This document shows, in pieces, positions 40,355 to 50,021 of a stretch of DNA of 64,000 nucleotides. Origin of the DNA: an uncultured Poribacteria bacterium (GTDB taxonomy: Bacteria; Poribacteria; WGA-4E; WGA-3G); contig CATQHZ020000001.1 in the NCBI GenBank assembly GCA_958296135.2, positions 3,104,001 to 3,168,000 of the forward strand, in the 5' to 3' direction. The position numbers and the translations under genes were made by a program. The notes below the pieces were generated by a model. That model was not told the origin of the DNA. It saw only the letters and a program-made list of their open reading frames with translations, and searched no databases. How positions within the stretch are numbered: the first letter of the stretch is position 1; the number at the start of each line of letters is the position of its first letter.

Positions 40355-41470
40355 TTATAGGGACAGAAAACCAGCCAAGGGAATCTCTGCTAATTTTTTG
40401 GCAAACGTCTGTGCAATCGCCGTTTCAATCGGGATACCCTCGTTGAGGCGGCGCAGCAGTTGGCGAATCCCGGCGAAACCGAATTGCTGTGTGAGGTATT
40501 CCACAATCGCCGAGGATTGGAGATACGCCAGCATTCGTCGCTTGGCAGAGAGATGGCTGAGCGGCTGGCTTAACGCGGCGAAGGAGAGCAGGGCTTTGTT
40601 GTCAACAGCCTGTTGCAAACAGTGCCGTTCATAAGGAAATATTGGACGTGCAATGTGTTGCGCGAGTCCTTCGTCAAGCCAATTCGGAAACGGATGCTGC
40701 AACTGCCTATGAATCAGCAGATGCGTCCACTCGTGCCGGAGCAGCGCGTACAGAATGCTGAGCACCGGTTCGCCGGCCTCCGCGCAATACGTTAATCGGA
40801 TTTGCCCATCATAACACCCACTGGCCCATCGTGGCAGTGGACTTTGCGGTGCTGTGGAAATTCCGCCGGTATTGGTAATTGTGATAGCAACCGGATCGGT
40901 GGGGTAGAACCTCAGCAGTTTCCCTACTTCGGTGGAGGTTCGTCGCACGAGTTGCGAGATATACCACACCGACTGCGCGCTCATCGCGGCATCGCAGATG
41001 AGAGTAAAGCGGCCAAGGTCTGCACGCCAGTAGGTGTGTCGGCGGGCCGCACGCTGTCCATAGTCGCTACTTGCTTCCTGCAAAACGGAACCCGGCTTTC
41101 GGGAGTCGTCTCCATCTTTCTCCAAGCACTTCAAAAATTCCCGGCTCGGAAATTCCGGTTGGTGCAAGATGCCGCTCTCAAAAAGGAGCGCATCGAAGCC
41201 GTGCTTTTCTTGTAGGAGGCGTGCCTTGCGGCGGTGCGCGGTGGGAGAATCTGGGCACCGCTGGAGCGCGATGTCTAAATAGGTTAATGCCCTATCCCAT
41301 TCCCCAACCATCTCGTATGCTTTGGCAAGATCGGCGTAGATGTGGTGCCGGGTTACGTCAAGTTTTAAGCCTGCGAGGTAGTGTCGTATTGCTTCAACGT
41401 AGCGCGCCTGCTGATAACAGATTGCTGCGCGTTGGAAATGAGAGAGCGCGGGTGAAGCGGTATGTCGCAT
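40355..41470 (-). CDS. TPR + peptidase MA-like (HExxH) protein
   Basis: N-terminal TPR-like helices; LRHEWTH...P.WLDEGLA, AY..S. Confidence 0.8.
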   Translation of the reverse strand: MRHTASPALSHFQRAAICYQQARYVEAIRHYLAGLKLDVTRHHIYADLAKAYEMVGEWDRALTYLDIALQRCPDSPTAHRRKARLLQEKHGFDALLFESGILHQPEFPSREFLKCLEKDGDDSRKPGSVLQEASSDYGQRAARRHTYWRADLGRFTLICDAAMSAQSVWYISQLVRRTSTEVGKLLRFYPTDPVAITITNTGGISTAPQSPLPRWASGCYDGQIRLTYCAEAGEPVLSILYALLRHEWTHLLIHRQLQHPFPNWLDEGLAQHIARPIFPYERHCLQQAVDNKALLSFAALSQPLSHLSAKRRMLAYLQSSAIVEYLTQQFGFAGIRQLLRRLNEGIPIETAIAQTFAKKLAEIPLAGFLSL

Positions 41471-41601
41471 ATCTTCGTTTGAAAATTGCAGACCGGGCGC
41501 GTGCAGCGGCGGGCGATGCCAGCCGCTGCAAAACGCCGCCGGTTTGCAAGTCTGTTAAGGGTGGATGCCGTTCCGGTGGTATCCACCCATCACTCGGAAA
41601 T

Positions 41602-42339
41602 TTACGAACGCTGAATGTTAACAACCTTAAGGGTAACCTTCCCGCATTCAACAGTTGCGTTGTCGTGGATGAGTTTGGTATCCTCAACGCGTTCGCCTTC
41701 GACGTAAGTCGCGGTAGAGCTCCCCATGTCGGTAAGGTAAAGGTCATCGTCCTTCTGCTCGAACCGCAGGTGCATGCGGGAGAGCGTGCGGATGGCGTTG
41801 TAAGGCGTTGCGATTCGCTCGGAAGGTTTGTTCCCCCAGTTTAACTCCTCGTCTGTGGGCACTGATGCCATCGGCGGCATCACATCGGTGTGCTGGTTGC
41901 CCATCTGCTCTGGGCCGTAGACAGGTGCCGCCGAGCCGGCCGGGGCGTATGCCTGTTCCGGCTCTTCGCCCCGGATTTCCGCCATCAGTCTTGCGCGGGC
42001 ACTTTCCTTTGCGCCGGGACGCGGCGTAACGGTGGCCCGTTCTTCAAACCGATAGTGCGTGAAGTCAACTAACTGCTTCAACGCCTGAAAATCGGGGCAG
42101 CTGGGCAGTTCCTTCAAGATTCGTTTCTGCTTGCGTGATAACTTTTCGTTTTTCAGCCAGCAGGTGTATGCCTCTAACCTATCAGCCTTTTTCACCTCAT
42201 CTGCCGAGGCATGATGAGCGTCGGTTCGCTTCCAAAAGCGCATGAGTTTATCCTCCAATTCGTCGGACTGCCTCATCATCTGGCACAGCGCGCTATCGTA
42301 GCGCGCCCTAGACGCTGAAGCCGTTCCTAGTAAATCCAT
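41602..42339 (-). CDS. Protein with C-terminal degenerate FHA domain, coupled to the ECF sigma factor
   Basis: LSRMH...LTDMGSSTATYVEG; start overlaps the sigma stop. Confidence 0.7.
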   Translation of the reverse strand: MDLLGTASASRARYDSALCQMMRQSDELEDKLMRFWKRTDAHHASADEVKKADRLEAYTCWLKNEKLSRKQKRILKELPSCPDFQALKQLVDFTHYRFEERATVTPRPGAKESARARLMAEIRGEEPEQAYAPAGSAAPVYGPEQMGNQHTDVMPPMASVPTDEELNWGNKPSERIATPYNAIRTLSRMHLRFEQKDDDLYLTDMGSSTATYVEGERVEDTKLIHDNATVECGKVTLKVVNIQRS

Positions 42340-42941
42340 TGGATGCCCTTATTAATGAGAATTTGCCGCAGTTCCTGCGTGCATCGGAAGATCCAGATTT
42401 TGACAGTTCCGTCCTTCCGGTCAAGAATTCGGGCGATTTCCGCAATACTATAGCCTTCAAGGTGGCGCAGCATCCATGCGATGCGATGGTTCGGCTTCGT
42501 CACCTGTTGGAGCGCGCTTTCCAAGATTTCCTGAGCTTCTTGTGCCTCAAGTTGTCTCTCCGGCCCGGGGCGCGTATCCTCGTATTCGCTCAGCGGCAGC
42601 TCGTCATCGTCAGGTGAGCCGCCCACCGGTGATTCCCGGATGCGGTCGCGCTTCCGTATTGCGTCAATAATCGTATTTCGTGCTACCGTATTGAGCCACG
42701 CCTGAAAACTACCTTGTTCGGTGTCCCATTTGTTCAGCTTCTGCCAAACTTTGACGAATACATCCTGAGTCACCTCTTCGGTATCTTGGTAGTTTCCAAG
42801 CATACGGTAGGCTTTACTATAAACCCAACTATAGTGCTTGTCGAAGAGTTGACTAAACGCGATTTCGTCGCCTTGTTTAGCTTGTGTCGCGAGATAGGTA
42901 TCTTCAACAGCGGATAAATCGTCGGGTGCTTGGCGCGCCAT
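42327..42941 (-). CDS. ECF RNA polymerase sigma factor
   Basis: DTEEVTQDVF, F.AWL..VARN..ID, EGYSIAEIA...GTVK. Confidence 0.95.
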   Translation of the reverse strand: MARQAPDDLSAVEDTYLATQAKQGDEIAFSQLFDKHYSWVYSKAYRMLGNYQDTEEVTQDVFVKVWQKLNKWDTEQGSFQAWLNTVARNTIIDAIRKRDRIRESPVGGSPDDDELPLSEYEDTRPGPERQLEAQEAQEILESALQQVTKPNHRIAWMLRHLEGYSIAEIARILDRKDGTVKIWIFRCTQELRQILINKGIQWIY

Positions 42942-43455
42942 AACAAACAGCCCCTTTCGTTCACAAGGATTCTTTCAGTCGGCTAATTTCTATAACGCAG
43001 TCCTGGCGAATTGCGTTACAAAAAAATGGAAAAATTATTCTCGCACGCCAATAAAAACTCACGCGCTAAAGTGAATGTGCTTAACTCTAATCGTTCTCGC
43101 AAAATTTGTCAAGAAAAAAGACAATTCTGCTCGAAAATATGCTTTATTCTAACGATTTTTGCAAAATTTGTCAAGAAAGATAATTTTTCTGAGTTTTCGG
43201 AAGTGAGCGTTTGCGAGGGACAGGTTGTCCCTCGCGCTACGGCCGCGGGCGGATTTTCGTTCGGTAGACTTCTGGACATCTATCCGAGAATGTGGTATTA
43301 TACCTAATTAATCTGATTCGGCTCGCGTCTGTAGGTGGTGATGAGTTGGCCGGGGCCTGCCCCGTTCGGGTTCCCTGCCAAGCAGGGCAAGCCCGAAGAT
43401 TCAGATTCATTTCGTATTAGACTCTCACACTCTATCTTTCAAACGGAGATAAAAA

Positions 43456-44349
43456 ATGGAAATCGTTGAATACACCCCCGAGTTGCTGGAGCCGATGACA
43501 GCCTGCTACAACCGCCTCACCACGGATGTACCGCACAGCTATCCGGTAACCGAAGCGGAATTCGGAGAAGAACTGTCTAGTGCGCCACCGGGGGGACACC
43601 CTGACATCTTTTTTATTTCACAGCATACTTTTGTTGCCACATCGGACGACACTGTGCTTGGATTTGTCCAAGCGCGCGTTGACGAATTAAGACGACACAA
43701 GTGCAATCTCGGCATCATCAGGTTTCTCGGCTATCTCCCCGGTGAACGCCGTACGGGACAGGCCCTGCTTGAGAAGGCAGAGGCCCACTTAAAAATGCAA
43801 GCCGCTACTCGCATCGTTGCTGTGCCGCAAAAATACCGCTACCGCTTCTACCACTTCGGGCACGCTTACTTATCCAATGCACTTGCACAGGTGCAGGCAC
43901 TCCTCGCCTTCAACGGCTACGAACGCACCGCCGGCGAGGTGTTTTTGGCGTGGAAGAATTACGATGTTACGCCAACACCGCTCGCGCAACCTTTAGAAAT
44001 CACTGTTGAATGGGAAGAGGGAAGAGGCAAACTTCCAAACTGCACCGTGCGCGGGTGCCGCGCTGGCGAAGAAGTCGGCGTTTGCGAATCGCTCTGCGGC
44101 GGTGAATTTTCAAGCCACTCCGACGCGCAAGACTGGTGCCATACCATGTGGCTCGGCATTGAAGACGAATTCCAAGGGCAAGGCATCGGCCGTTATTTGC
44201 TCCAACGCGCGCTTCAGGAAATGCGCAAAGTTGGATACCGCCACGCGCTCATTAGCACGGCATGGGATAATCATCGCGCCTTCCTCTTTTATAGCAACTT
44301 CGGCTACCGAGTCACGGATTGGACGTATGAATTTTCAAAATCTCTGTGA
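43456..44349 (+). CDS. Tandem GNAT acetyltransferase
   Basis: FQGQGIGRYLL, N.RA..FY...GY. Confidence 0.88.
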   Translation: MEIVEYTPELLEPMTACYNRLTTDVPHSYPVTEAEFGEELSSAPPGGHPDIFFISQHTFVATSDDTVLGFVQARVDELRRHKCNLGIIRFLGYLPGERRTGQALLEKAEAHLKMQAATRIVAVPQKYRYRFYHFGHAYLSNALAQVQALLAFNGYERTAGEVFLAWKNYDVTPTPLAQPLEITVEWEEGRGKLPNCTVRGCRAGEEVGVCESLCGGEFSSHSDAQDWCHTMWLGIEDEFQGQGIGRYLLQRALQEMRKVGYRHALISTAWDNHRAFLFYSNFGYRVTDWTYEFSKSL

Positions 44350-44507
44350 TACCTATCTGCGGGACATCCAAGGAACGGCGGAAACAGCGGTTAACGGCTA
44401 CGGAGATTCGGCAGTATCAACGGGTGTTGATGGCCGTCGGAGAGACGATTCGGCTGATGGCGAAGATTGATGTCGTTTTGAAAGTTGACTTTCACGGCCG
44501 GATATAA
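44346..44507 (+). pseudogene. Remnant resembling the C-terminus of Type ISP-like restriction-modification proteins
   Basis: KERRKQRLTATEIRQYQRVLMAVGETIRLMAKID; similarity recalled from memory, not searched. Confidence 0.45.
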
Positions 44508-44566
44508 TATAATACCTAACGAGGGCGGAACTGACGTTCCGTTTTGGGGCGGCGCGGGTTCTAAAA

Positions 44567-45109
44567 TCAGGCTGGGGTTTTCGTTACGTCAACGAACCAT
44601 CGCGCTTCTGCCATCCGTTCTGTCGCTTCGGGTACCGCGGGCTGATACGTTGCGAACTTCACTTTGTCGCAATTGACGAAGAAATGCCGGACCTTGGTGA
44701 TGTCCAGCGTGCCTAGCTGCAGGTTCGCTAATTGCGAGAGCAGGAGCGTCGTCGTCAATTCCAATGCGGGGATGCGGTAGCGTGCCGCTATGTATTCGCG
44801 AATCACGTGAGAGATGTGAGTGTGATACGCGTCCATGTCGCCGTGCGCGAGCCATGCAGCGGCTTCAATCGCCGCTAGCCGTTCATAAGCGATTTCATGC
44901 GGCGAACGGATGTCCGCCTCTTCAGTGGGAGTGGGAGCCGGTGGTTGCCGGCGTTTCCGCAGATAAAGCCATACCAGCATTGCGACAACGCCGACAAAAA
45001 TCCCGCCGGCGAGAAAATAGGGGAACAGGCTTTGCGGCACCTCAAGTGGCGGTTTGATGGCGCGCAGTTTCGGCGGTGCCTGCGAGAGGAATTGATAGAG
45101 AAGAGACAT
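44567..45109 (-). CDS. Single-TM protein (Bat-operon-associated type)
   Basis: IKPP..., TM helix, PHEIAYERL, IREYI..RY...ALE.TT, DKVKFA. Confidence 0.7.
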   Translation of the reverse strand: MSLLYQFLSQAPPKLRAIKPPLEVPQSLFPYFLAGGIFVGVVAMLVWLYLRKRRQPPAPTPTEEADIRSPHEIAYERLAAIEAAAWLAHGDMDAYHTHISHVIREYIAARYRIPALELTTTLLLSQLANLQLGTLDITKVRHFFVNCDKVKFATYQPAVPEATERMAEARWFVDVTKTPA

Positions 45110-45278
45110 AGCGCAACTTTTGACGGGAGGCACGCTTTGATGAAGATTAAGGAAATAAACGCGTTATTTTTCGCGAGCGATACGGGCAGATAGAGAAATC
45201 CGCCCTTACAGTCCCAGCGCGTGCCTGCTTGCCGAAAATTACCTTAATTACTGAAACTTCATGAAAACGCGTAAAAGA

Positions 45279-45875
45279 TTACCGTAGCGGTTCAATGACT
45301 ATTGACTTCGGAGACGTAGGACAAACATACTGGCAGACACCGCAGCCCGTGCATCCCGGTGTAAGCACCTCAACTGTGCCTGTCGGCGAGAAGCAGATGG
45401 CATCTTCGCCGATGGGGCAGCTGTCCACGCAGTAAGTGCAGGCAATCTCTTTTGAACGAAGACAAGTCTCTGCAGTGAAGACTGCGACTCCCATTGCGAT
45501 GTCTTCCGCAAAGACGGTTTGGAGTGCGCCGCTGGGACAGACATACATGCACGCCAGCGAATCGCAGATGACGCACGGTTGCACGTCAGGGTTAATATAG
45601 GGAGTCTGCATCAGCCCCGGGTCTTCGCTTTCTAACGGACGAATGGCTTCAGCGGGGCAATTTTTGACGCAGTTACCGCAGCGGAGGCATTTTTCGAGGA
45701 ACTCTTCCTCAGGCAGCGCGCCGGGTGGCCGCAGCATCGCCGCGTTCGGCACAGACAGCGGACTTTCCATTGCAGGAGTGAGTCCTACACGTTCGTCTAA
45801 AATTTCGGCGACCGGCTGGAGGATTTGGTTGAGTGCCTCCTTAAAAAAGCCGCGTCTGCCTTGTTTGTCGGACAT
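45279..45875 (-). CDS. NapG/MauM-like polyferredoxin
   Basis: RRGFF, LRPPGA..E..F...C.RCG.C...CP and further CxxCxxCxxxCP motifs. Confidence 0.88.
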   Translation of the reverse strand: MSDKQGRRGFFKEALNQILQPVAEILDERVGLTPAMESPLSVPNAAMLRPPGALPEEEFLEKCLRCGNCVKNCPAEAIRPLESEDPGLMQTPYINPDVQPCVICDSLACMYVCPSGALQTVFAEDIAMGVAVFTAETCLRSKEIACTYCVDSCPIGEDAICFSPTGTVEVLTPGCTGCGVCQYVCPTSPKSIVIEPLR

Positions 45876-45906
45876 GGAGATACCCTTTCATCGGTAGGCG
45901 CGCTTT

Positions 45907-46548
45907 TTACGCCGGTTCGTCTTGGGCGGCTTTCGGAATGCGATAGCAACACCGATGACTGCCACGCATGAGATGCTCCTCACGGTAGACTTTCGCCTCT
46001 AAGGTATGCCGAAAAAGTGCTAACTCGATTTCACAGACATCTGGGTATTCCTCAGCAATTACGGCGATGGGACAGTTGTGTTCGATGAGGAAGTAATCGG
46101 TGCCGTTTTCATCGACGCGCGCCATGTATCCCTCTTCGTCGCGGATGAGCGCGAGCTCTTTGAGGCGCGCCGGGAGCGTTTTCCCTTGCACCCGCTGTTG
46201 GTATGTCTGCATTTGCGACTGCATGCGGCTCTGAAACACCTTGTTGATAAATCCAAGCCCGTTGAATTTCGCGACTTCGTGCATCAATTCCACTGCAAAG
46301 TTGGCGTAAGTCGTCGGGAAGAGGCTGTGTGCTTCCTCTGTGAGGCGGTAGAGATGGTGCGGGCGGCCGCGTTCCAATTTCTCGCGTTGATGTTCAACTA
46401 AGCCTTCTGCTTCCAGAATCGCCAAGTGTTGCCGGATGCCGACGGAGCTGATGTGCAGTGCGTCTGTGAGTTGCCCTACGCTCATTTGGGCGCGCATTTT
46501 CAGCAGTTGTAAGATGCGCATGCGCGTTTCGCTCATTTCGCAATTCAT
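45907..46548 (-). CDS. SufR-like winged-helix transcriptional regulator
   Basis: HTH, RGRP...Y.LT, EHNCPI...C..E...C.Y. Confidence 0.82.
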   Translation of the reverse strand: MNCEMSETRMRILQLLKMRAQMSVGQLTDALHISSVGIRQHLAILEAEGLVEHQREKLERGRPHHLYRLTEEAHSLFPTTYANFAVELMHEVAKFNGLGFINKVFQSRMQSQMQTYQQRVQGKTLPARLKELALIRDEEGYMARVDENGTDYFLIEHNCPIAVIAEEYPDVCEIELALFRHTLEAKVYREEHLMRGSHRCCYRIPKAAQDEPA

Positions 46549-46735
46549 AATGATGTCCTTTTTGATAATTTACTACAATTATATCACAATTGTGCATATC
46601 AATGCAACGGTAAAACGAGTTTTCTGAATCAGGACTGGGCAATTCTCTTGCAAAAAATACGAAGATACGTTAAACTTAAAAAACTGCACCGGAAAAAATG
46701 GGCGTTTCTAAAAAAAACGGTCAAGGAGCATACTC

Positions 46736-48178
46736 ATGAAAAAATGGTTATCCTGCAAACTCAATTTCGCTATCGCGGCGATTGTGATGCTATCCCTCGG
46801 TGTTACGGCGATGGGGCACAGCGCGGCACGCGTCTCAATAGCACCCGCTGAAATTCCCTCCCCGGCAGTCGGGGAACAGTTGCGCGTTGATATTCACATC
46901 GCCGATGGGAAAGGTGTCGCGGGCTACGAACTGAGCGTAGTTTTCGATGCTGCTTCGCTGCGCTATCTGGAAGCGACAAACGCCGATTACCTTCCTACCG
47001 GCGCGCTCACAGTGGCACAGCTTGACGAGAAAAACAACGTTTATCTGACAGCGATTTCCCAAAGTGGCCCCGGTACATCCAACGATGGGACCCTCGCAAC
47101 GGTGACGTTTGAAGTAGTAGCAGTTAACGCTTCAACGCTAAAACTCAGCGAGGTGACGCTCTGGGATAGCGAGACGCGGCCGCTGGCAGTCACAACGGTA
47201 GACGGGAAAATTGTCGCTTCGCCCGCGTGGGACGTGAATCAGGACGGCGAGGTGAATGCGCAAGATCTGGCACTTGTCCGGAACAACCTCCGGGTCTCGG
47301 GACCGAATCCCCCGCGCGCGGATGTCAACGGGGACGGGACGGTGAATATTCTCGATCTGGCACTTGTCGAGAAACACCTCGGTGAGTCAACAGCCGCGCC
47401 GCCTCCCGTTGCCGAAACTGCCCCCGAGGGCATGGTGTTGATTCCCGCCGGCGAATTTGAGATGGGCAGCGACGACAACTCCGCCTATAGCGACGAACGT
47501 CCCCCGCACCCTGTCTACGTCGATGCTTTTTATATTGATACGCACGAGGTGACGAACGCGCAATATCAGACGTTTGTGCTTGCGAACCCGGCGTGGCAAA
47601 AAGGGAACATCCCCAGGAAATACCACAACGGCTATTACCTCCATCTCTGGAATGGCAATGAATATCCGAGTGACAAAGCAGAACATCCCGTTGTCTATGT
47701 CAGCTGGTATGCGGCGATGGCGTATACAGACTGGGTAGGCAAACGACTACCGACAGAGGCGGAGTGGGAGAAAGCGCAACGCGGCGGTGTCGATGGAAGC
47801 CAGTATCCTTGGGGTAATGACATTGATACTAGCAAGGCAAATTACAGTTGGGAAATCGGTGACACGGTGGCAGTTGGCAGTTACGCGCCTAATGGCTATG
47901 GACTCTATGACATGGCGGGCAACGTCTGGGAGTGGTGCCTTGATGCATATCGGCGCAATTTTTACGTTACTTCGCCGCTGAAGAACCCGATTTCGGGTGC
48001 TGAGACTACCGCACAAGTTATTGATGACTACACCGACATCCGTTCCTACCGTGTGTTGCGGGGTGGTTCTTGGAGCAGCTCCTCGCATCATTTGCGGGTA
48101 TCCTATCGCTTCCGGCTCACGCCCTCTGTCGCCATCAGCGATTTCGGATTTCGGTGCGCGAAGTCCGTATCGCCTTAA
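46736..48178 (+). CDS. Secreted cohesin-like + dockerin-like + FGE-sulfatase (SUMF1) domain protein
   Basis: Signal peptide; DVNQDGEVN and DVNGDGTVNILDL; EVTNAQY, RLPTEAEWE, GLYDMAGNVWEW, RVLRGGSW, GFRC. Confidence 0.9.
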   Translation: MKKWLSCKLNFAIAAIVMLSLGVTAMGHSAARVSIAPAEIPSPAVGEQLRVDIHIADGKGVAGYELSVVFDAASLRYLEATNADYLPTGALTVAQLDEKNNVYLTAISQSGPGTSNDGTLATVTFEVVAVNASTLKLSEVTLWDSETRPLAVTTVDGKIVASPAWDVNQDGEVNAQDLALVRNNLRVSGPNPPRADVNGDGTVNILDLALVEKHLGESTAAPPPVAETAPEGMVLIPAGEFEMGSDDNSAYSDERPPHPVYVDAFYIDTHEVTNAQYQTFVLANPAWQKGNIPRKYHNGYYLHLWNGNEYPSDKAEHPVVYVSWYAAMAYTDWVGKRLPTEAEWEKAQRGGVDGSQYPWGNDIDTSKANYSWEIGDTVAVGSYAPNGYGLYDMAGNVWEWCLDAYRRNFYVTSPLKNPISGAETTAQVIDDYTDIRSYRVLRGGSWSSSSHHLRVSYRFRLTPSVAISDFGFRCAKSVSP

Positions 48179-48191
48179 CAGGAAGATAACC

Positions 48192-48968
48192 ATGAAACTA
48201 ATCGCTTTTCTTCTCTGCGGCATTTTAGTGCTCCTGACCGGGTGCGGCTCCGATGAAAGCGTCTCGCTGTCGCAGCCTACGGAACTGTCAATACCGAACT
48301 ACTTTCCCGATGAGCTCGGAAGCCGGTGGGTATATAGCGGGCCCGGCGGCAAGCAGTGGGTGAGGGAAGTGACGCATGAGCGGACTATTGATGAAAACGT
48401 CTATCGTGTCTTTACGTATACCCCTCCCATTGAAGATGTCACGTTCGACCTGTTGAGAATCTCTCAGTATCGCGTAACCCAGAATCGCGTGCTTACTTTC
48501 GTTGAAGAAGACATCGACCGGTATGTGAAAGCCAAAGTCCCAGAGTTTCAGGTGCAGGGCGCGTTTGAAGGAATTGAACTTGAGGTGCAGGTGGACTCAA
48601 TATCCGAGCGTGAACTCGTTTTCTACCGCATCCCACCGACTCCCAACGTGCAGTGGGAGGTCCTTGACGTGAAGGTGGAAGGAAGCGTTTTGCTGCAGGG
48701 ATTAGGACTCCTACAACTCGCCTTTGAGATGCATTTGCGCATTGAAGGCACAGTTGTCGGCACTCCAAAAACTGTGCAAACACCCGCCGGCACCTTTGAA
48801 AACACCTATAAGATTGAATACCGGTCAGGATATACCTTCTTTATTATCGACAAAGAGGAGACAACTCCCGAAGTCACCGACACCGTCTGGCTTGCACCCC
48901 ATGTTGGCATTGTCCGATTTGAAAACGAGAGAGGGATAACCGAATTAGTGGACTACACCCTCCCCTAG
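48192..48968 (+). CDS. Lipoprotein, copy A
   Basis: Lipobox LLTGC; YFP...G.RW.Y, V.TPAGTF, WLAPHVGIV. Confidence 0.85.
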   Translation: MKLIAFLLCGILVLLTGCGSDESVSLSQPTELSIPNYFPDELGSRWVYSGPGGKQWVREVTHERTIDENVYRVFTYTPPIEDVTFDLLRISQYRVTQNRVLTFVEEDIDRYVKAKVPEFQVQGAFEGIELEVQVDSISERELVFYRIPPTPNVQWEVLDVKVEGSVLLQGLGLLQLAFEMHLRIEGTVVGTPKTVQTPAGTFENTYKIEYRSGYTFFIIDKEETTPEVTDTVWLAPHVGIVRFENERGITELVDYTLP

Positions 48969-48978
48969 GAATCGCGCA

Positions 48979-49224
48979 ATGAGAATCGTTGTCTTAAGCG
49001 ATGGCAAGCCGGGGCACTACAATCAATCCCTCGGCATCGTCCAACGCCTGCCGGAATGCGATACACGTTGGATAGACGTTCGTTTCCGCTCCTACCGTGT
49101 GTTGCGGGGTGGTTCTTGGAGCAGCTCCTCGCATCATTTGCGGATATCCTATCGCTTCCGGCTCACGCCCTCTGTCGCCATCAGCGATTTCGGATTTCGG
49201 TGCGCGAAGTCCGTATCGCCTTAA
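48979..49224 (+). pseudogene. Chimeric junction ORF (ELM1 N-terminus fused to FGE C-terminus)
   Basis: MRIVVLSDGKPGH...DVRFR fused in frame to SYRVLRGGSW...GFRCAKSVSP. Confidence 0.75.
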
Positions 49225-49237
49225 CAGGAGGATAACC

Positions 49238-50011
49238 ATGAAACTAATCGCTTTTCTTCTCTGCGGCATTTTAGTGCTCCTGACCGGGTGCGGCTCCGAT
49301 GAAAGCGTCTCGCTATCGCAGTCTACGGAACTGTCAATACCGAACTACTTTCCCGATGAGCTCGGAAGCCGATGGGTATATAGCGGGCCCGACGGCAAGC
49401 AGTGGGTGAGGGAAGTGACGCATGAGCGGACTATTGGTGAAAACGTCTATCGTGTCTTTACGTATACTCCTCCCCTTGAAGATGTCACGTTCAACCTGTT
49501 GAGAATCTCTCAGTATCGCGTAACCCAGAATCGCGTGCTTACTTTCGTTGAAGACATCGACCGGTATGTGAAAGCCAAAGCCCCAGAGTTTCAGGTGCAG
49601 GGCGCGTTTGGAAGAATTGAATTTGAGGTACAGGTGGACTCAATATCCGAGCGTGAACTCGTTTTCTACCGCATCCCACCGACTCCCAACGTGCAGTGGG
49701 GTGTCCTTGACGTGAAGGTGGAAAGACGCGTTTTGCTGCAGGGATTAGAACTCCTACAACTCGCCTTTGAGATGCATTTGCGCATTGAAGGCACAGTTGT
49801 CGGCACTCCAAAAACTGTGCAAACACCCGCCGGCACCTTTGAAAACACCTATAAGATTGAATACCGGTCGGGATATACCTTCTTTATTATCGACGAAGAG
49901 GTGGCAACTCCCGAAGTCACCGACACCGTCTGGCTTGCACCCCATGTTGGCATTGTCCGATTTGAAAACGAGAGAGGGATAACCGAATTAGTGGACTACA
50001 CCCTACCCTAG
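49238..50011 (+). CDS. Lipoprotein, copy B
   Basis: Near-identical to 48192-48968. Confidence 0.82.
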   Translation: MKLIAFLLCGILVLLTGCGSDESVSLSQSTELSIPNYFPDELGSRWVYSGPDGKQWVREVTHERTIGENVYRVFTYTPPLEDVTFNLLRISQYRVTQNRVLTFVEDIDRYVKAKAPEFQVQGAFGRIEFEVQVDSISERELVFYRIPPTPNVQWGVLDVKVERRVLLQGLELLQLAFEMHLRIEGTVVGTPKTVQTPAGTFENTYKIEYRSGYTFFIIDEEVATPEVTDTVWLAPHVGIVRFENERGITELVDYTLP

Positions 50012-50021
50012 GAATCGCGGC

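Noticed and set aside
48044-49224. DGR variable/template repeat pair at the FGE-domain C-terminus
   Set aside because: The copies differ at only about one base in this segment, the second is not AAC-rich, the repeat extends 1 kb across other genes, and no reverse transcriptase is in the window.
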